NCBI GenBank assembly: GCA_041694815.1
Contig: JBGFSC010000025.1
Location: 8,893 to 72,892 of the forward strand
Length of the DNA stretch: 64,000 nucleotides
Direction: 5' to 3'
From: Elusimicrobiota bacterium
Lineage (GTDB): Bacteria; Elusimicrobiota; Elusimicrobia; UBA1565; JACRDR01
The translations under genes and the position numbers were made by a program. Below are positions 61,668 to 64,000 of the stretch, in pieces. How positions within the stretch are numbered: the stretch's first letter is position 1; each line of letters opens with the position of its first letter. The notes under the pieces are model-generated. The model was given only the letters and a program-made list of their open reading frames with translations. It made no database searches and was not told the DNA's origin.

Positions 61668-61718
61668 GCCTGGAAGTATAACAGGGCTTTTCGGGACTTC
61701 AAGGGATCCTATGGAAAG

Positions 61719-61793
61719 TGGTGGGTGGTACAGGATTTGAACCTGTGGCCCCTGTCGTGTGAGGACAGTGCTCTACCGCTGAGCTAACCACCC
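61719..61793 (-). tRNA. tRNA-Val (anticodon CAC), CCA encoded
   Basis: The reverse complement folds as GGGTGGT-TA-GCTC-AGCGGTA-GAGC-A-CTGTC-CTCACAC-GACAG-GGGCC-ACAGG-TTCAAAT-CCTGT-ACCACCC-A-CCA. Confidence 0.9.
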
Positions 61794-61824
61794 GATGCGC
61801 TGATTTTAGCAAACTTGCGGCCGC

Positions 61825-62052
61825 TTAGGCCGGGCGATGATCCTCGGAGCAGGTGCAGCCCTCCGGACCGACCCGCGCGCTATGGACGGTGCCGGCGGGA
61901 ACCTCGAGCATGTCGCCGGCTTTAAGGCGGATCGTCTTGCCCTCGATCAGGAACTCGATGGAACCCTTGAGGCACTTTAAACTCTTATGGTACGGGTGCG
62001 CGTGAGGAGCGTACTTAGCGCCAGGACCGTTCGACCAAAGATCGTCCGGCAT
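61825..62052 (-). CDS. Small cupin-fold protein
   Basis: APHAHPYHK...GSIEFLIEGKTIRLKAGDMLEVPAGTVHSARV. The ATG lies 5 nt after the stop of the upstream paralog. Confidence 0.65.
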   Translation of the reverse strand: MPDDLWSNGPGAKYAPHAHPYHKSLKCLKGSIEFLIEGKTIRLKAGDMLEVPAGTVHSARVGPEGCTCSEDHRPA

Positions 62053-62057
62053 CAAAA

Positions 62058-62621
62058 TCACCAAAACCTAAAACGTTCCTCGGCTGTTTCCTCCGGCGAA
62101 TTGGCCGATGGCGGCGTCGCCCTCTTGAAAAGTCGCTTCCCCCATTCGTCCATCAGCCGCTTCCTCTCGTCTTCATAATTTAAGTCTCGGACGACAATAG
62201 TCGGGCTGGGGCCAAGGCCTTCCGTCCAGGCCTTAAATCGCCCGTCCGTACTCTCCGCCGCAAAGATACCTTGCATCATTACGATCTTTTCCTGACCGCA
62301 GGTAATGAAATAGCGACGAAAGTCCATTCCCGGCACCGAAAGTATTTCGATGGCATTACCCTCGAGCTCGAATGAATGCGACCACCCCCCAAGGGATATC
62401 GCTTTGATCCGTTCTAACTTTTTGATATCCCAAAAGGCCAGACTATGGCCATAATCCAAGGTCAGCAGCCAACCCTTGGAACTAAAGGCAATGCTGACGA
62501 AATTTTGCCGCCTCGGCTCGATTAACACTCGGTTGGGCCCCGTCGGCGGAGCTTCCATTCCAAAAACGAAGCCGCCTAAAACGAAAACAGCTGCAATCAG
62601 CACAAGCCTACGGACACCCAT
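62058..62621 (-). CDS. Secreted/anchored hypothetical protein, paralog A (WD-blade-like core, C-terminal ...EERFRFW)
   Basis: N-terminal hydrophobic segment RRLVLIAAVFVLGGFVFG. By-eye alignment with 62728-63300 gives about a third identity (IAFS...LLTL...FWD...FELEG..IEI...). Confidence 0.7.
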   Translation of the reverse strand: MGVRRLVLIAAVFVLGGFVFGMEAPPTGPNRVLIEPRRQNFVSIAFSSKGWLLTLDYGHSLAFWDIKKLERIKAISLGGWSHSFELEGNAIEILSVPGMDFRRYFITCGQEKIVMMQGIFAAESTDGRFKAWTEGLGPSPTIVVRDLNYEDERKRLMDEWGKRLFKRATPPSANSPEETAEERFRFW

Positions 62622-62727
62622 ACGTAGATTTTAACGGGTTTTAGGCCGTGCCGTCATGGGCCGTTCGGGCAAAGGCCGTGGGCCTTTCGACCCTTAGAAT
62701 TTCATGAATCCGGATTAGGCGAAAATT

Positions 62728-63300
62728 CTACCAGACTCGAAAGCGCTGATCAGCCGGCTCTTCCGGCCCAGTGCCGTCTGCTTGCTTGACCGTTTCCGAC
62801 AGTCTGCGCTTCCAAGCCTTCGTGAGACGCCTTCTTCTCGCTTCCAAGAGATTCTCGGACACCATCACGGTGGAGTGGTCTCCACTAAAGATAAGAGCGT
62901 CGACTAGGCCGTCCCGGCTTCTTGCGGTATCGTCGCCTTCGCGAAGCATGATCGCTTCCTTATTCCACCAGATTAAAAAGGGTCCATGCGACGTCCCTGA
63001 TAAACTCGGAACTATCTCGACCGTGGCCCCATCGAGTTCGAATGGACGAAACTTCTCCGCCATATAGGGCGGCGAAAAATGAACTTCCTTAAGAGGTTTC
63101 AATGTTTGCAGATCCCAAAAAACAATGCTCCCATGTTTATTAAGCGTCAATAATCGGTTGCTCGGGCTGAAAGCGATCGCCATGAAACCCTGATGTCGCG
63201 GCTCCAAGATGGCTAAATGCCGCATGGTCGGCAGCACCCCCTGAGCCCAGGAAGCGAAAACGGCTATGGTTAGAAGAACAGCGGTCACGGCATGGGGCAC
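62728..63300 (-). CDS. Secreted/anchored hypothetical protein, paralog B (C-terminal ...DQRFRVW)
   Basis: GTG start. Signal-like AVTAVLLTIAVFASWAQG. It is a paralog of 62058-62621. Confidence 0.7.
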   Translation of the reverse strand: MPHAVTAVLLTIAVFASWAQGVLPTMRHLAILEPRHQGFMAIAFSPSNRLLTLNKHGSIVFWDLQTLKPLKEVHFSPPYMAEKFRPFELDGATVEIVPSLSGTSHGPFLIWWNKEAIMLREGDDTARSRDGLVDALIFSGDHSTVMVSENLLEARRRRLTKAWKRRLSETVKQADGTGPEEPADQRFRVW

Positions 63301-63379
63301 GCCTTATTGTACTCAATGAGACGAAAGAGCACATGGGCCATAGGGGCAAGACCCATGGGACCTTAGGCTCGTAGTAGCC

Positions 63380-64000
63380 TTACGGGCTCGTTTCCTTTGG
63401 AAGCTTCATGAGATCGGCGATTACTCCGTTGATCTCGAAGAGACGAAGGGGACGCGGGTCCCGAGCTCCGGCGGCGATGCCGGGACCGGCGATATAGAGC
63501 GGGATGCGCTGGACCTTCTCTTGGGTGCCGCCATGTTCTCCCAGAAGGTCGAAGCCGACTCCATCGGCCAATAGCGCCACCAGGTCGGGCGCCGTCTCGC
63601 AGGCCATCGTATCCAATAATTCCTGATTATGCGCCTGCGCCCATTTTCTAAACGGTTCGGGCTGCCCCTGGAGCGTCGAACGGATCTTCTCGTAATGCCA
63701 GCCACCGGTTTCGGAAAGCGAATAGATCTCGACGACGCCTGAGACCTCCGCCAAAGCCGCGGCGACGGCGTCCCGGTTGGCGCTCGAGCGATCCTCGAGC
63801 CAGACGCGGATCATCGAGTCCTGCTCCGTCAGCCGCACCTTGCCGGCGCCGATGACGCGCTTGATCCAGAAAGGCGGCTCGATGGATTCGAGATTCTCGA
63901 CGCGCCCGGTGGCGCCGTCCTCGCCGTTTCCAAAATAATGGCGGCTTGTCTGCGCCCCGTGATCGGCGGTGACGACAATGAGCGTCCGTGAGAGCAGCTT
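63380..64000 (-). CDS. Alkaline-phosphatase-superfamily enzyme (type I phosphodiesterase/nucleotide pyrophosphatase-like); 5' part outside the window
   Basis: The frame stays open to nt 64000 (KLLSRTLIVVTADHGAQTS...) upstream of the internal GTG at 63838. The TADHG and GEHGG motifs are characteristic of this superfamily. Confidence 0.75.
   Translation of the reverse strand, partial: KLLSRTLIVVTADHGAQTSRHYFGNGEDGATGRVENLESIEPPFWIKRVIGAGKVRLTEQDSMIRVWLEDRSSANRDAVAAALAEVSGVVEIYSLSETGGWHYEKIRSTLQGQPEPFRKWAQAHNQELLDTMACETAPDLVALLADGVGFDLLGEHGGTQEKVQRIPLYIAGPGIAAGARDPRPLRLFEINGVIADLMKLPKETSP

Overview
This is a GC-rich (by eye roughly 60-65%) bacterial chromosomal segment that is densely coding: about 58 supported CDS, 2 tRNAs and no rRNA. 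I found no CRISPR array, integrase or transposase. All family calls come from motifs read in the ORF translations, because no database search was possible.

The main blocks, in order:
- A 5'-truncated giant SprA/Sov-like outer-membrane protein, followed by comF.
- A nucleotide-sugar block containing a UDP-GlcNAc/ManNAc-type dehydrogenase, UDP-glucose dehydrogenase and UDP-xylose synthase.
- A secreted five-fold cysteine-rich tandem-repeat protein, placed divergently from a 1090-aa all-coiled-coil protein and a secreted WD40 protein.
- Two divergent operons that each pair a surface protein carrying a T9SS-type C-terminal domain with its own PorV/PorQ-like barrel. A two-component system is split across them.
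- bcp and a ferredoxin gene, then a 2.7-kb cassette (amidohydrolase-TPR plus a HigB/HigA-like TA pair). The cassette is bracketed by an 86-bp direct repeat derived from the ferredoxin 3' end.
- An XRE / membrane protein / GNAT / ArsC operon.
- Housekeeping and envelope genes: efp, chrA, htpX, an FKBP isomerase, a VanX-type dipeptidase with a dipeptide epimerase, a TlpA/DsbA pair, feoAB-fur and a CaCA exchanger.
- A signalling operon: HTH-REC, ThDP enzyme, orphan family-5 solute-binding protein, cupin and a hybrid kinase.
- A more AT-rich islet next to tRNA-Val, holding two paralogous secreted proteins that share a C-terminal ...ERFR(F/V)W tail.

The most interesting items are the mirror-image cargo/PorV modules, the Cys-rich repeat protein, a promoter-plus-terminator unit that looks like a small RNA with CTGACA repeat arrays nearby, the ferredoxin-3'-end direct repeats, and several -10-N6-start (leaderless-type) gene starts.
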